Below are positions 16,498 to 26,310 of a DNA stretch of 33,386 nt, in pieces. The DNA is from Bacteroidota bacterium (GTDB taxonomy: Bacteria; Bacteroidota; Bacteroidia; AKYH767-A; OLB10): assembly GCA_046075765.1 (NCBI GenBank), contig JBJTQS010000087.1, positions 1-33,386 of the forward strand, in the 5' to 3' direction. Every line of letters starts with the position of its first letter. Position 1 is the stretch's first letter. Below the pieces are notes generated by a model. The model ran no database searches, had not been told where the DNA came from, and saw nothing but the letters and a program-made list of their open reading frames with translations. Made by a program: the position numbers and the translations under genes.

Positions 16498-17295
16498 ATG
16501 AGGCTAGACCGCAACCTTGCTTTTTTTGATCTTGAAACAACAGGTGTTACGGTTGGAGCCGATCGCATCATTGAAATCTCTGTTATCCGAATTTCACCTG
16601 ATGGAACTCGAACGGATTTTCATAAGCGAGTGAATCCAGAAATACCTATTCCTGAATTCGTGTCTCAGCTTACAGGTATCACCAATGCAGATGTGGCGAA
16701 TGCTCCTAATTTCGCTGCGATTTCTTCCGAGCTAAAACAGTTCTTGGAAGGCTGTGATTTGGCTGGCTATAATTCAAACAAGTTTGATGTTCCGTTTTTG
16801 ATTGAGGAGTTTCACAGGGTGGGCGTTGATTTCTCACTTACCGGAAGGCGCTTGGTGGACGTGCAAAACATATTCCATAAGATGGAGCCACGTACATTAG
16901 CTGCAGCCTACAAATTCTATTGCGGTAAGGAGCTTGTGAACGCACATGCTGCCGACGCCGACACTTTGGCAACGTATGAAGTGTTCATCGCTCAAATGGA
17001 GCGCTATGCCGATTTACAGGGCAAGGATATGGATTACCTTCATAAGTTTACCAATATGTACAACACTGTTGACCTTGCAGGAAGGTTGGTCTATGACGAC
17101 CAAGGCCGGGAACTGGTGAACTTCGGTAAACACAAGGGAAAGTTTGTCATGGATGTTTTCCAATCAGACCCGTCCTATTACGATTGGGTCATGCGCGGTG
17201 ATTTCTCACGCGACACCAAAACCGTTTTTGAGAAGCTTTGGAAACGGTATCAAGAAGAAAAGCTGAACCAGTTGAAAAACAAGTTCAGCTCTTAA
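16498..17295 (+). CDS. DnaQ-like 3'-5' exonuclease
   Basis: ExoI motif FFDLETTG, ExoII motif LAGYNSNKFDVPFL and ExoIII motif HAADADTLATYEV. Confidence 0.85.
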   Translation: MRLDRNLAFFDLETTGVTVGADRIIEISVIRISPDGTRTDFHKRVNPEIPIPEFVSQLTGITNADVANAPNFAAISSELKQFLEGCDLAGYNSNKFDVPFLIEEFHRVGVDFSLTGRRLVDVQNIFHKMEPRTLAAAYKFYCGKELVNAHAADADTLATYEVFIAQMERYADLQGKDMDYLHKFTNMYNTVDLAGRLVYDDQGRELVNFGKHKGKFVMDVFQSDPSYYDWVMRGDFSRDTKTVFEKLWKRYQEEKLNQLKNKFSS

Positions 17296-17335
17296 ATCCA
17301 GTTTCGGGTTTTATTGTTCCAATTATCAACCAGCG

Positions 17336-18643
17336 CTATTCCATTACATGGAACTTCTTGGCTGTACCGTTGCTGTATATTCTAATCAGTACACCTTTGC
17401 TATCATTTGCAATAGTTCTTCCGAGCACATCGATGGTTTTAACCAACGTGGCTTCAGTGCTTGATATCGGTGAGTCGCCAAGTCCAGTTGGGTTGTTGGT
17501 TACAACTACCGGGTAACTGTAATCTGTGTAGAACTTATATGGCCCAAAGAAATCGGCTACACGGAAAATCAAGCTGTAAGGCTGAGTGCGTACTTCGGCC
17601 TGTGTGGGATACCAATCAACAACCGTAACGGTTGAAGATGTGCTTCCATTGGTTGCGTAAGGCGGATTGGATGTTACCAAAGCAGGCGTTGCTGCATTGA
17701 AAGCATCCCCGTTAAGGGTAACCTCAATCATGCCATTATCTGGATTCAATGTTTCAAACAGGAATGATAAGTGTTGACCGGGACTCACATAAATGGGCGC
17801 ACTTTGCGTGGATGGAGAGGAACTGGAAAGACGATTCACATTCGGAACAGCATTCACGACAATTGGAGCATTTGGGCTTGGTAAAACAATCAACTGCATA
17901 TCTCTTCTGATGTAACCGATGGGTTGCCCGTTCCTGTACTCAATTGCTTTTACTGAGATTTGGAAATTACCAATGTTAATAGGTGTGAAGGTGATTTCAC
18001 CAGTATTAGGATTCAATGCGAATGGGTTTGATGTATCTGATGGAGGTAATGAATACGGCTGGATGGGTACTCCCAGGTAAGCTACCGTACTTTGATCCAA
18101 TGGAATATCCATGATCCATGCAAGTGAATCGCCGTCAGCATCAAATGGAGCTGGGTTGTAGCTGAAAGGCACGCTGTCTTGTGCGAGGGTGATGGGGTCA
18201 TTTAAAAACTCTGGAGTGGAATTGGTAGGGTCAGCTAGAATCAATGCATCTAGAAACAAAGACTTGCTGAGTGGGTCAGGTAAATTCAAGATGGAGCCGT
18301 TTCTACAACAGGTAGAGTACAACGCTTTGAAAGCACCCGCGTATGGAAAGGTAACGGTATCCACATGAAGGTATTTCTCAACTCCGTTTCCAAGTGAAAT
18401 CGCTGGTTGGCAATTTGGATAAATGGTCAATCCGGATAATGGCACTCCGGTATTTGCATCAATAAATTCAACTATTGCGTAGATCCCCATTGGAATTCCA
18501 AGCGAGTCCCTGTAGAGGGTCAAGGTAATTTCATAGGTAAGTCCTCCGATGTTTCGGGCCGTAATTTGTCCACCCATCAAGTGTGTTGCGAAAGATGAAA
18601 ATGAGAGCAAAGTGAACGATAAAATTAGGAGTGTCTTTTTCAT
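17336..18643 (-). CDS. T9SS-secreted protein (type A C-terminal sorting domain)
   Basis: I place the start at the ATG at 18643 (MKKTLLILSFTLLSFSSFATH is a signal peptide). The 25 codons upstream in the listed ORF look non-coding. The ATHLMGGQIT N-terminus is common in Bacteroidota gliding/T9SS cargo. The C-terminus VKTIDVLGRTI...IRIYSNGTAKKFHV is a Por-secretion tail. Confidence 0.8.
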   Translation of the reverse strand: MKKTLLILSFTLLSFSSFATHLMGGQITARNIGGLTYEITLTLYRDSLGIPMGIYAIVEFIDANTGVPLSGLTIYPNCQPAISLGNGVEKYLHVDTVTFPYAGAFKALYSTCCRNGSILNLPDPLSKSLFLDALILADPTNSTPEFLNDPITLAQDSVPFSYNPAPFDADGDSLAWIMDIPLDQSTVAYLGVPIQPYSLPPSDTSNPFALNPNTGEITFTPINIGNFQISVKAIEYRNGQPIGYIRRDMQLIVLPSPNAPIVVNAVPNVNRLSSSSPSTQSAPIYVSPGQHLSFLFETLNPDNGMIEVTLNGDAFNAATPALVTSNPPYATNGSTSSTVTVVDWYPTQAEVRTQPYSLIFRVADFFGPYKFYTDYSYPVVVTNNPTGLGDSPISSTEATLVKTIDVLGRTIANDSKGVLIRIYSNGTAKKFHVME

Positions 18644-18728
18644 GTGAACTTCAAGTTTAAAGTAAATGTAGTCAACTTGTTTAAGACTGCCAAGCATCAT
18701 AAAAGGTTGCATGGTCATTTAACCCCAT

Positions 18729-18757
18729 AAAAAAAGCCCATCCGGAGAAGGGCTTTT
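18729..18757 (-). terminator. rho-independent terminator after the 18776-20074 gene
   Basis: AAGCCC (18734-18739) pairs with GGGCTT (18750-18755). On the minus strand the hairpin is followed by a run of 7 U. Confidence 0.6.
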
Positions 18758-18775
18758 GATTTATGGTAGTTTCAA

Positions 18776-20074
18776 TTATTGCTTCACAAAGCGTACGCGT
18801 GATACATCCTGACCCATGTGGGCATTTAGGTTGTAAACGCCGGCAGACAGGGAGGAAAGGTCGATGGTTACGGTTTTAGAACCGGCCGTTACATCCATGG
18901 TCATTTTTGTAACAGACTTACCAGCGATATCGGTTACTTCAAGTGAAACCTGACCATTGGAGTTGGCTCCGATGTTAAAGTTTAGCTCGTTTGTGGCAGG
19001 AACAGGTCTCAGCTGAGAGATGCCGAAGCCATTGCTGTTTATATCAGAAAGCCCCGTGTTACAAGCAGATGATCCTGGAGCGTACACAATTACAGGAATG
19101 GAGGCGCCTGTAATAGTACAGCTAGGATCTAATTGCAACTGTGTCATGAAAGTGCCAGGGCTAACTCCTACGGTTCCATTACCGAAGATAACTGGAGTCC
19201 AGTAATATGTTCCATAAGGTACCTGAGCGGAACCAATCAACGATCCATTGTTCACATAGCTGCGGAAACTGGTTGCAGGTGCTGGATTTTGCACAGCATA
19301 GCCGGCAACAGTTGCAGGGTTAAGAATGGGGTCGTTTGTGCCGAGTAGATCCGCATTAGAAATAACCCAGCCAAGCCCTGAAACTAAACCAACTGTTGGG
19401 GTAACAACACCTGTGATATCGAAACGAACCGTATCGTTCGGACAAACAAATGTTGCATTTGCAGAGGCGGTACCAATGGAGACCGATGGGTCTGCGCATG
19501 CAATGGTTTGTTGTTGGGTTACCTCGATCAGATATTGACCGTTGGAAATGGTTCCAAGGAAGTTGAAGCCGTCGATCATCATGTAATAAGTAACACCAGG
19601 CGAAGTGTTGAATGTTAATCCTGCAGGGTAGGGAGGGTTGCCGTTAGCACCAGAGCTTGGTCCGTCTTCGTTGCAAACGTAAGGAACCAAGGATCCGCAA
19701 GCACCAGTATAGATGGCTATTTGAGTGTCACCATCATCGATGTAATTGGTGATACCAGCTCCATCGGCAGTTTCAATAAAATATTTACCACCGTCTCCCA
19801 CAAACGAGAACCAAAGAGTGTTCTCAAGAGATGGAGCTGTTGCTTGACCATTTGGCTCACCGAAACACTCGTAACCCGCTATAGGGTCAGTGGCATTGGT
19901 AGTTGCAGTGGTGTTGTCATAAGGACCCAAAACAGTAGTGGTGCCGATGGGTTGTCCGAAGGCTGACTGAATGCTGATGGCACCGCTGCAGTCGTCGTTT
20001 ACAGGTTGTGCAATGGCGGACAAGGAAACCAGCATACTGGCTCCTGCTAAGAGAAATTGTAGGTTTTTTTTCAT
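18776..20074 (-). CDS. T9SS-secreted protein (type A C-terminal sorting domain)
   Basis: Signal peptide MKKNLQFLLAGASMLVSLSAIAQ. N-terminal NDDCSGAI module. C-terminal tail ...SLSAGVYNLNAHMGQDVSRVRFVKQ. Confidence 0.85.
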   Translation of the reverse strand: MKKNLQFLLAGASMLVSLSAIAQPVNDDCSGAISIQSAFGQPIGTTTVLGPYDNTTATTNATDPIAGYECFGEPNGQATAPSLENTLWFSFVGDGGKYFIETADGAGITNYIDDGDTQIAIYTGACGSLVPYVCNEDGPSSGANGNPPYPAGLTFNTSPGVTYYMMIDGFNFLGTISNGQYLIEVTQQQTIACADPSVSIGTASANATFVCPNDTVRFDITGVVTPTVGLVSGLGWVISNADLLGTNDPILNPATVAGYAVQNPAPATSFRSYVNNGSLIGSAQVPYGTYYWTPVIFGNGTVGVSPGTFMTQLQLDPSCTITGASIPVIVYAPGSSACNTGLSDINSNGFGISQLRPVPATNELNFNIGANSNGQVSLEVTDIAGKSVTKMTMDVTAGSKTVTIDLSSLSAGVYNLNAHMGQDVSRVRFVKQ

Positions 20075-20107
20075 GATTTGATTTAAAGGGTTTATATTTT
20101 GTTTGGT

Positions 20108-21772
20108 TTATTGTTTGATTACTTGTTTTGTTTGTACACCTGAACCAGATGATATGGAAAGCATGTAAACGCCTTTGCTCAGGTTGGTGGTTGGTATTGT
20201 GGTTTTGTTATTCGACATCGGAGCGATATCCATGGTCGACTGCCATACTATACGGCCGGTGATATCATTGAGAGAAACCGTTCCGGTTGAGGCAGTCTTT
20301 GAAAAATATGAAAAGACCAGTTCGTTGGAGAATGGATTTCCATCGATAATCAAAGCTTCACCATCGGCTGTGAGTGCCGGATTGATTCCCGAAAGCATCT
20401 GACATGCCATAACAAAATCCGGTATCCCATATCCCAGAAGCGAGTCGGGGTTACTGGAAATGGTTCCGCTTTGGCGGATAGCGTCGATGATGGCTTGACT
20501 GGTGGCGTTCGGGCTGCATTGCCAAAGGGTTGCTACCATTCCGGCAATCAATGGCGATGAGAAGGAAGTGCCACTTCCTCCAAATACGCCGGTTCCATTC
20601 CATGGGTCGGCTACTATGGTACCAAAACCAACTGCTGAAACATCAGGTTTAACTCGTCCATCAGCCGATGGACCTTTTCCACTGAATCCAACATTCAATC
20701 CCCCTGCATCTACTGCTCCTACAGCAAGTATGCTGTCGGCATCCGCAGGAGCGCTAATGCGGAACCAGCTACCGTTTCCTTCATTGCCCGCACTGTTGCA
20801 AACCACCATTCCTTTTGATGATGCAATATCCGCAGCAATGGTAATGGGTGTGGTGTTGCCATCAAGGTTTGCATAGGTGTGGTTTTGTGAAGGATCATCA
20901 AATACGGTATAACCTAAGGAAGAGTTGATGATTTTTGCTCCGGCGCTATCGGCATACTCTGCAGCCGAAGCCCAATTGTATTCTTCAATGATAGCCTCTG
21001 CTGGTGCATTTTCTGAACGAAGTAACAGATAGGATGCATGTGGTGCTGTACCTATTAGTTCACCTGGTGAGTTTCCACCCATTACGGATAGAACCATGGA
21101 GCCATGCGCATCATCGTCAAAAACATCTTGCTCATTATCGACAAAATCCCATGTGCCTACTATGCGACCAGAGGCAAACAAACTGTCTAAAGGGGCAATG
21201 TTATTGGCATTACTGAAGCCGGCATCTAAAACAGCGATTAGAATTCCCTCTCCTGTAAAACCTGCGGCATGCATGGCATCACCACCAAGCATGGCTACTT
21301 GGTTCAAGGAGTTGCCGTAATTGAATGCAGTGGTACGATTTGGGGTTTGAGATTCGATTTTTTGGGTTGCAGGCTCAACAACCATTTTACGGCTTGGCAC
21401 GCCACTGTAGGAGTAACGACCCACATTAGCTGAACCGGAAACAAAGGGCAAAGCTAAAATGGTGCTCAACATGGAAGGAGAACTGACTTCCACTGTAACA
21501 GAGTTAAACCATTTTGATCTGTTCAATATGGTGGCTCCTGTTGAGGATACGGCTGATATGTATGAAGGATTAACCGGTAAGTCTTGGGTTGTAATTGTAA
21601 TGTTTTGATTGATCCTTCTATTGATGGAGGCCTGGGATAGAAATGCTGACGGATTGGATACCGAGTAAGGTGAGTTGTTTTTGTCGGTTAAGAATACAAC
21701 ATGACGACTTGATTGCCCAACAGACATCAATGGAAGTAAAGAAAGTGACAGCAGGAGTAATTTTTTAAGCAT
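20108..21772 (-). CDS. S8 family (subtilisin-like) serine peptidase with a T9SS C-terminal sorting domain
   Basis: Signal peptide, then the catalytic triad contexts AVLDAGF (Asp), HGSMVLS (His) and GTSFSSPLIAG (Ser). C-terminal tail LSKGVYMLSISSGSGVQTKQVIKQ. Confidence 0.9.
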   Translation of the reverse strand: MLKKLLLLSLSLLPLMSVGQSSRHVVFLTDKNNSPYSVSNPSAFLSQASINRRINQNITITTQDLPVNPSYISAVSSTGATILNRSKWFNSVTVEVSSPSMLSTILALPFVSGSANVGRYSYSGVPSRKMVVEPATQKIESQTPNRTTAFNYGNSLNQVAMLGGDAMHAAGFTGEGILIAVLDAGFSNANNIAPLDSLFASGRIVGTWDFVDNEQDVFDDDAHGSMVLSVMGGNSPGELIGTAPHASYLLLRSENAPAEAIIEEYNWASAAEYADSAGAKIINSSLGYTVFDDPSQNHTYANLDGNTTPITIAADIASSKGMVVCNSAGNEGNGSWFRISAPADADSILAVGAVDAGGLNVGFSGKGPSADGRVKPDVSAVGFGTIVADPWNGTGVFGGSGTSFSSPLIAGMVATLWQCSPNATSQAIIDAIRQSGTISSNPDSLLGYGIPDFVMACQMLSGINPALTADGEALIIDGNPFSNELVFSYFSKTASTGTVSLNDITGRIVWQSTMDIAPMSNNKTTIPTTNLSKGVYMLSISSGSGVQTKQVIKQ

Positions 21773-21777
21773 GGCTT

Positions 21778-22473
21778 TCAGTTTGAATATGACACCAAGG
21801 TTTGGCGGTATTTGGTTTGAGCTTTTATGGAACCTGGATTATTAAAGTCTTTTTTGATAAAGATGGATTCTTTGTAAATCAATCCCGCACCAGTAGCATA
21901 TTTTTCCACGGCAAAACTCTTTTCCAACAAATCCTCGTAATCGCTTTGCAAAACAGTTAACGTGGAATCAAAGCTTAGCCCGTTCAAGATAGATGGGGTG
22001 TTCAAACTTGTAAGTGAATATTCCTGAGCCGCAAGATTGTTATACAAATTGCCATTCCATACATTTCCTTCCACCAATGGGAAGCGCAGCTTTACGTAGG
22101 TGATGTTTTCTTCTTTCTTTTCGTATCGGTCAGATAACAGGTTTGCAGTCCATACATCACTGATGACCCACGGTTGAGTTGAATCGGCCCTGGTGTAAAG
22201 CTCCAACCTTTGTGTTTTTCGACCGCTTAGATCAGTGAACTCGGATTCAATCAACTCTTTCAACTGGTAACTCAAAGTATCTTGATTACCCGTGAACTCA
22301 TCCTTGGTTATGAGGCTTACGTCGTATACCGCTATACGGCCAACTTCGTTCGGAGCATAGTTGAAATACAAACCTTGTACAGGACTTGGTATAGAGCTGT
22401 TGTCATCTTTACATGAGATGACCAATATCAAAAGTGCCAAAGGCAAAAACTTTATGAGTTTGATAGTTTTCAT
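21778..22473 (-). CDS. hypothetical lipoprotein
   Basis: Lipobox LILVISCKDD. The start codon overlaps the mnmA stop by 4 nt (ATGA at 22470-22473), which suggests co-transcription. Confidence 0.7.
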   Translation of the reverse strand: MKTIKLIKFLPLALLILVISCKDDNSSIPSPVQGLYFNYAPNEVGRIAVYDVSLITKDEFTGNQDTLSYQLKELIESEFTDLSGRKTQRLELYTRADSTQPWVISDVWTANLLSDRYEKKEENITYVKLRFPLVEGNVWNGNLYNNLAAQEYSLTSLNTPSILNGLSFDSTLTVLQSDYEDLLEKSFAVEKYATGAGLIYKESIFIKKDFNNPGSIKAQTKYRQTLVSYSN

Positions 22474-23570
22474 GCGGCAATTTCTTTCATGATGAAACCT
22501 CCACCCAGTACGTCATCTCCTTCATAAAACACGGCACTTTGACCTGGAGCGACAGCAGAAACATTCTTATGGAATATAACGGATGCACTGTCGCCATCAT
22601 GCTTGATGGTTGATGGTGTGCCGGGGTCTTTGTATCTTATTTTGGTTATGGTTTCGATGTCTGCAGGTATTGTCTCGTATTTGATGGTATTCACATTGCG
22701 CACACCCATTTCACGTTTTTCGAGGTCTTCAAATCTTCCAAGCACAACGGTGTTTGATTCTGGAACTATTTTCACCACGTACATAGGTTCGCCAAAGGCA
22801 ACCTCCAAGCCTTTGCGTTGTCCAATGGTATAGAATGGATAACCATTGTGTTTACCCAAAGGTTTTCCATCCATAGATACAAAATCACCACCGTCCACTT
22901 TTTCGGCAAGGCCAGGAACACGGTGCTTCAGAAATGAACGATAGTCGTTGTCGGGCACAAAACATATCTCATAACTTTCGCTTTTGTTTGCCAGATCCTT
23001 GAATCCCCAATCAGATGCCATTTGCCTTATGTCCGACTTTTGAAATCCTCCAACCGGAAAGAGAGTCTTTGATAAAAGCTCCTGTCTAAGCCCCCACAAA
23101 ACATAGCTTTGATCTTTGGTGTGGTCTAATCCTTTCGATACCACATAACGACCATTTTCCTCTCTCAGTTTGGCGTAATGACCGGTGGCAATGAACTCGC
23201 AGTCCAATAGCTCTGCTCTTTTGTAAAGTGCCTCCCACTTGATATGGGTATTGCACATCACACACGGATTAGGGGTTCTTCCGGAAATATATTCATCCAC
23301 GAAATTGTCAATAACGGATTCTCCGAACTCAGCGCGAATGTCCAATATGTAATGGTGGAATCCCCTGCTTACAGCAATTTCTCTGGCATCGTTAATGGAA
23401 TCTAAGCTGCAGCAACCGGTTTCTTTTTTTCCTGCTCCTGAAGAGGTGTAGTCCCATGTTTTCATGGTGATTCCAACCACTTCCCAACCTTCATCGTGTA
23501 GCATCATGGCTGCAACCGAGCTGTCGATTCCGCCACTCATGGCAACCAATATTTTTCCGTTTTTGCTCAC
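22470..23570 (-). CDS. mnmA: tRNA 2-thiouridine(34) synthase MnmA
   Basis: PP-loop motif VAMSGGIDSSVAA, the CC...NPCVMCN cysteines, and full-length MnmA architecture (366 aa). Confidence 0.93.
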   Translation of the reverse strand: MSKNGKILVAMSGGIDSSVAAMMLHDEGWEVVGITMKTWDYTSSGAGKKETGCCSLDSINDAREIAVSRGFHHYILDIRAEFGESVIDNFVDEYISGRTPNPCVMCNTHIKWEALYKRAELLDCEFIATGHYAKLREENGRYVVSKGLDHTKDQSYVLWGLRQELLSKTLFPVGGFQKSDIRQMASDWGFKDLANKSESYEICFVPDNDYRSFLKHRVPGLAEKVDGGDFVSMDGKPLGKHNGYPFYTIGQRKGLEVAFGEPMYVVKIVPESNTVVLGRFEDLEKREMGVRNVNTIKYETIPADIETITKIRYKDPGTPSTIKHDGDSASVIFHKNVSAVAPGQSAVFYEGDDVLGGGFIMKEIAA

Positions 23571-23634
23571 TTTTATCCAAAAGGGTAAACCACGAATTTA
23601 GTCAATCTTGAAGGTGAAATGGTCCTTGGCGACA

Positions 23635-24351
23635 CTAATTTTTGGGCAACTGCCTAATCCCTTTGATGTAAGTATGAACCGAATCCAAATTGCCGTTGTC
23701 GGCGTTGTATTTCCAAAGGCCTTGCATCAGTCCCTTAGTGTATCCACCCGTTATATACGGTTTGCCATTTGGATGGTTGATCGAATATGCCCCCTCCATG
23801 GAGCCATTTTTGTAAGTGCTGATAGCCTTGATGCTTCCATTGGCAAAATAGGAGGTAGACACACCATTTTTGACACCATCCAGCCAATTGGTTTCTTCCG
23901 ACAGCCTCCCAGTGGAGTAAAATACCTTCCAAACACCATGAGGCTTGCCCAACTTGTAATTCTCGATTGCAGTCAAGGAATCTTGCTCACTGAAAAACTT
24001 CCAGGTACTGTCTTTCTTTTGGTCAATGTATTTACCTGCGGCTTTTTTGTTGCCGTTGGGCCAATACATAGTCATGTAGGATGTTTTGCCATCTTTTTGA
24101 TGCAGCATTTCGCTTTGCTTTTCACTCGACCTATAAAACGTGGTTGTTGTACCGATTGCTTTACCGTCTTTGAACATGGAGCTGGAGAATAATTGGTCAT
24201 TCTCATAGTACTTTTTCCAAACACCTTGCTTCAAGCCTTTCGCATCTGTACGATTAATGGTGTCTCCTTTGAATACTTTAAACGACTGCGACACCCCTAC
24301 GATCGGTGTAGCAAGTAGCAATAAAGCGGGTAATATTCTTGAAATATTCAT
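23635..24351 (-). CDS. MORN-variant repeat protein (YwqK-like), secreted
   Basis: Signal peptide, then repeated G.W..YY.NG....-type units (GVWKKYYENDQL, GVWKVFYSTGRL, GLWKYNADNGNL). Confidence 0.8.
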   Translation of the reverse strand: MNISRILPALLLLATPIVGVSQSFKVFKGDTINRTDAKGLKQGVWKKYYENDQLFSSSMFKDGKAIGTTTTFYRSSEKQSEMLHQKDGKTSYMTMYWPNGNKKAAGKYIDQKKDSTWKFFSEQDSLTAIENYKLGKPHGVWKVFYSTGRLSEETNWLDGVKNGVSTSYFANGSIKAISTYKNGSMEGAYSINHPNGKPYITGGYTKGLMQGLWKYNADNGNLDSVHTYIKGIRQLPKN

Positions 24352-24577
24352 GACTTCAAATTTAGCTCTTTGATTGTGTTATCAACGATTTTAAATGGAG
24401 CCGTATTTCATCTTGGAAAACACCTTTGCATAAAAAAGAGCTTCAATAATCGCAACAATTGGATAGGACTTTACGTTGAAAAGCACAGAATGAATCAAGT
24501 AAAATTTATACGACTCAGAAAATCAATTTATTATAAAAAACACAATCAATAAATTATTGGACAAAACGAAGATGTCA

Positions 24578-24608
24578 ACTTTCCAATAGAATGATTGATA
24601 TACATTTG
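24578..24608 (+). promoter_or_regulatory. possible promoter of the 24641 gene
   Basis: TACATTTG (24601-24608) is an exact TAnnTTTG -7 box 33 nt upstream of the ATG. The -33 element is poor (TTTC). Confidence 0.35.
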
Positions 24609-24640
24609 CAATTGGACTTTAAAACTTTACACTTAACTTA

Positions 24641-24955
24641 ATGAAAAACAACAAGTTCTTAGTATCGGCCATGGTGGCATCAAGCTGTTTCCTGGCCTTT
24701 CCCGCTTTCTCACAAACAGATGAAAGTGAACAGTCCACGACTGGAGATGCAACCGAGCAACCTGCTTCAACTGAAAACTCTGACCCTAACGCGGTTTACA
24801 ATGAGCGCGTAACAATCGACGAGAGTTCTTCGGAAACCACTTCAGCAGGATCTGAGTCAAGCTCGGTAAGTGCTCAATCTGACCGCAAGGAACGTATCCG
24901 CATCTATTCAGGAAAACACGATGGTAACAACGTGATTTACGATCCGAAAAATTAA
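24641..24955 (+). CDS. small secreted acidic Ser/Thr/Glu-rich protein
   Basis: Signal peptide MKNNKFLVSAMVASSCFLAFPAFSQ. The low-complexity mature region looks disordered. A strong terminator follows the gene. Confidence 0.6.
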   Translation: MKNNKFLVSAMVASSCFLAFPAFSQTDESEQSTTGDATEQPASTENSDPNAVYNERVTIDESSSETTSAGSESSSVSAQSDRKERIRIYSGKHDGNNVIYDPKN

Positions 24956-24980
24956 ACGAATAACATCACACTTTAACAAA

Positions 24981-25009
24981 AGGCCGGAGTTTTCCGGCCT
25001 TTCTTGTTT
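24981..25009 (+). terminator. rho-independent terminator
   Basis: AGGCCGGA (24981-24988) pairs with TCCGGCCT (24993-25000) around a GTTT loop, followed by TTCTTGTTT. Confidence 0.85.
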
Positions 25010-25064
25010 ATTGCACAGTCTGTAATTTGCTGAATCTACTTATAATTGCCAAAAATTACTCCTG

Positions 25065-26285
25065 ATGATTACCAAGTATCAAATTGGATTGCTTTTGTTG
25101 TTTCCACTGGCAGCCACTGCTCAAGATGTTCGCGACAAGGCTAATTTCATTGAAGCGGAAAATAAATTTTACCAGCAGATTGAGCAAAGCGCTGAAATGT
25201 TCAGGAAGGGACAATCGTCTCCAAGTAAAAAGACCCTTAAAATGGATTTTTCTTCTCGAGACATACCGAAGTCTTTGGAGGAGTTTAAAACCGTATGGTC
25301 AGGCCAGCCGGTTTCTCAAGGCGCCACCAATACTTGTTGGAGTTTTTCCACGACATCTTTCTATGAGTCGGAAGTGAAAAGGATATCCGGTTTGGGCGTG
25401 CGGCTGTCGGAGCAATACATAGTATACTACGAAACCATTCATAAGGCTCGTCAATTCGTAAGGACCCGTGGAGTTTCATTGTTTGATGAGGGATCGGAAA
25501 CGAATGCGGTTGCTCGTATGGCAAAAATGTATGGCATGGCGCCTTTGGAGGCTTATTCAGGACTTCGTCCAGGTCAGCAATTCCTGGACCATACAACCAT
25601 GTTCGATGAAATGAAAAAATACCTCAATTCAGTAAAGGAGTCGGCTGCATGGGACGAGAAAGCGATTGAGTCAACCATCCGTTCTATTTTGAATCATTAC
25701 ATGGGACCTGTTCCGACATCAATCGATTATAAGGGTAAGAAGATTTCTCCAATGCAATACATGAAAGATGTCTTGAAGATCGATCCAGACAACTATGTTG
25801 ATTTCATGTCATTGATGGAGAAGCCATATTGGAAACAGGCCGAATATGACGTTCCCGATAATTGGTGGAATTCCGATGTATATTACAATGTGCCTTTGGA
25901 TGTGTTTATGTCCATAATAGATAATTCCGTAAAAAAGGGTTACAGTATCGCCATTGGAGGCGATGTTTCGGAGACTGGCATTTATGGTGCCGTTGGCGTG
26001 GCCGTTGTTCCTACATACGATATCCCATCAGCTTACATTGATGAAAGTGCGCGGCAAATGCGTTTCTCCAATGGATCAACTACCGACGACCATGCAGTTC
26101 ATTTGGTTGGTTGGTCTGAAAGAAAAGACGGTACTTGGTATTTGATTAAAGACTCAGGCAGTGGTGCACACAATAACCCATATGCAAAGGGATATTATTT
26201 TTACCACAGCGATTATGTGAAATTAAAGATGATGTCGTTTACAATCCATAAGGATGCAGTAAAGGAAACTCTAAATAAATTTTAA
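25065..26285 (+). CDS. C1-family cysteine peptidase (aminopeptidase C/bleomycin-hydrolase-like) with a signal peptide
   Basis: QGATNTCWSFSTTSF gives the Gln and catalytic Cys context. DHAVHLVGW gives the catalytic His. The N-terminus MITKYQIGLLLLFPLAATAQD looks like a cleavable signal peptide. Confidence 0.82.
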   Translation: MITKYQIGLLLLFPLAATAQDVRDKANFIEAENKFYQQIEQSAEMFRKGQSSPSKKTLKMDFSSRDIPKSLEEFKTVWSGQPVSQGATNTCWSFSTTSFYESEVKRISGLGVRLSEQYIVYYETIHKARQFVRTRGVSLFDEGSETNAVARMAKMYGMAPLEAYSGLRPGQQFLDHTTMFDEMKKYLNSVKESAAWDEKAIESTIRSILNHYMGPVPTSIDYKGKKISPMQYMKDVLKIDPDNYVDFMSLMEKPYWKQAEYDVPDNWWNSDVYYNVPLDVFMSIIDNSVKKGYSIAIGGDVSETGIYGAVGVAVVPTYDIPSAYIDESARQMRFSNGSTTDDHAVHLVGWSERKDGTWYLIKDSGSGAHNNPYAKGYYFYHSDYVKLKMMSFTIHKDAVKETLNKF

Positions 26286-26310
26286 CCAATAACATTCTAA
26301 AACCATCAAG

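Noticed and set aside
24590-24598. A single AATGATTGA next to the -7 box of the 24641 gene, as a third operator site.
   Set aside because: Only one half-site-like 9-mer is present, with no partner 23 bp away, and it is in the other orientation relative to the -7 box. This is plausible by chance in AT-rich intergenic DNA.
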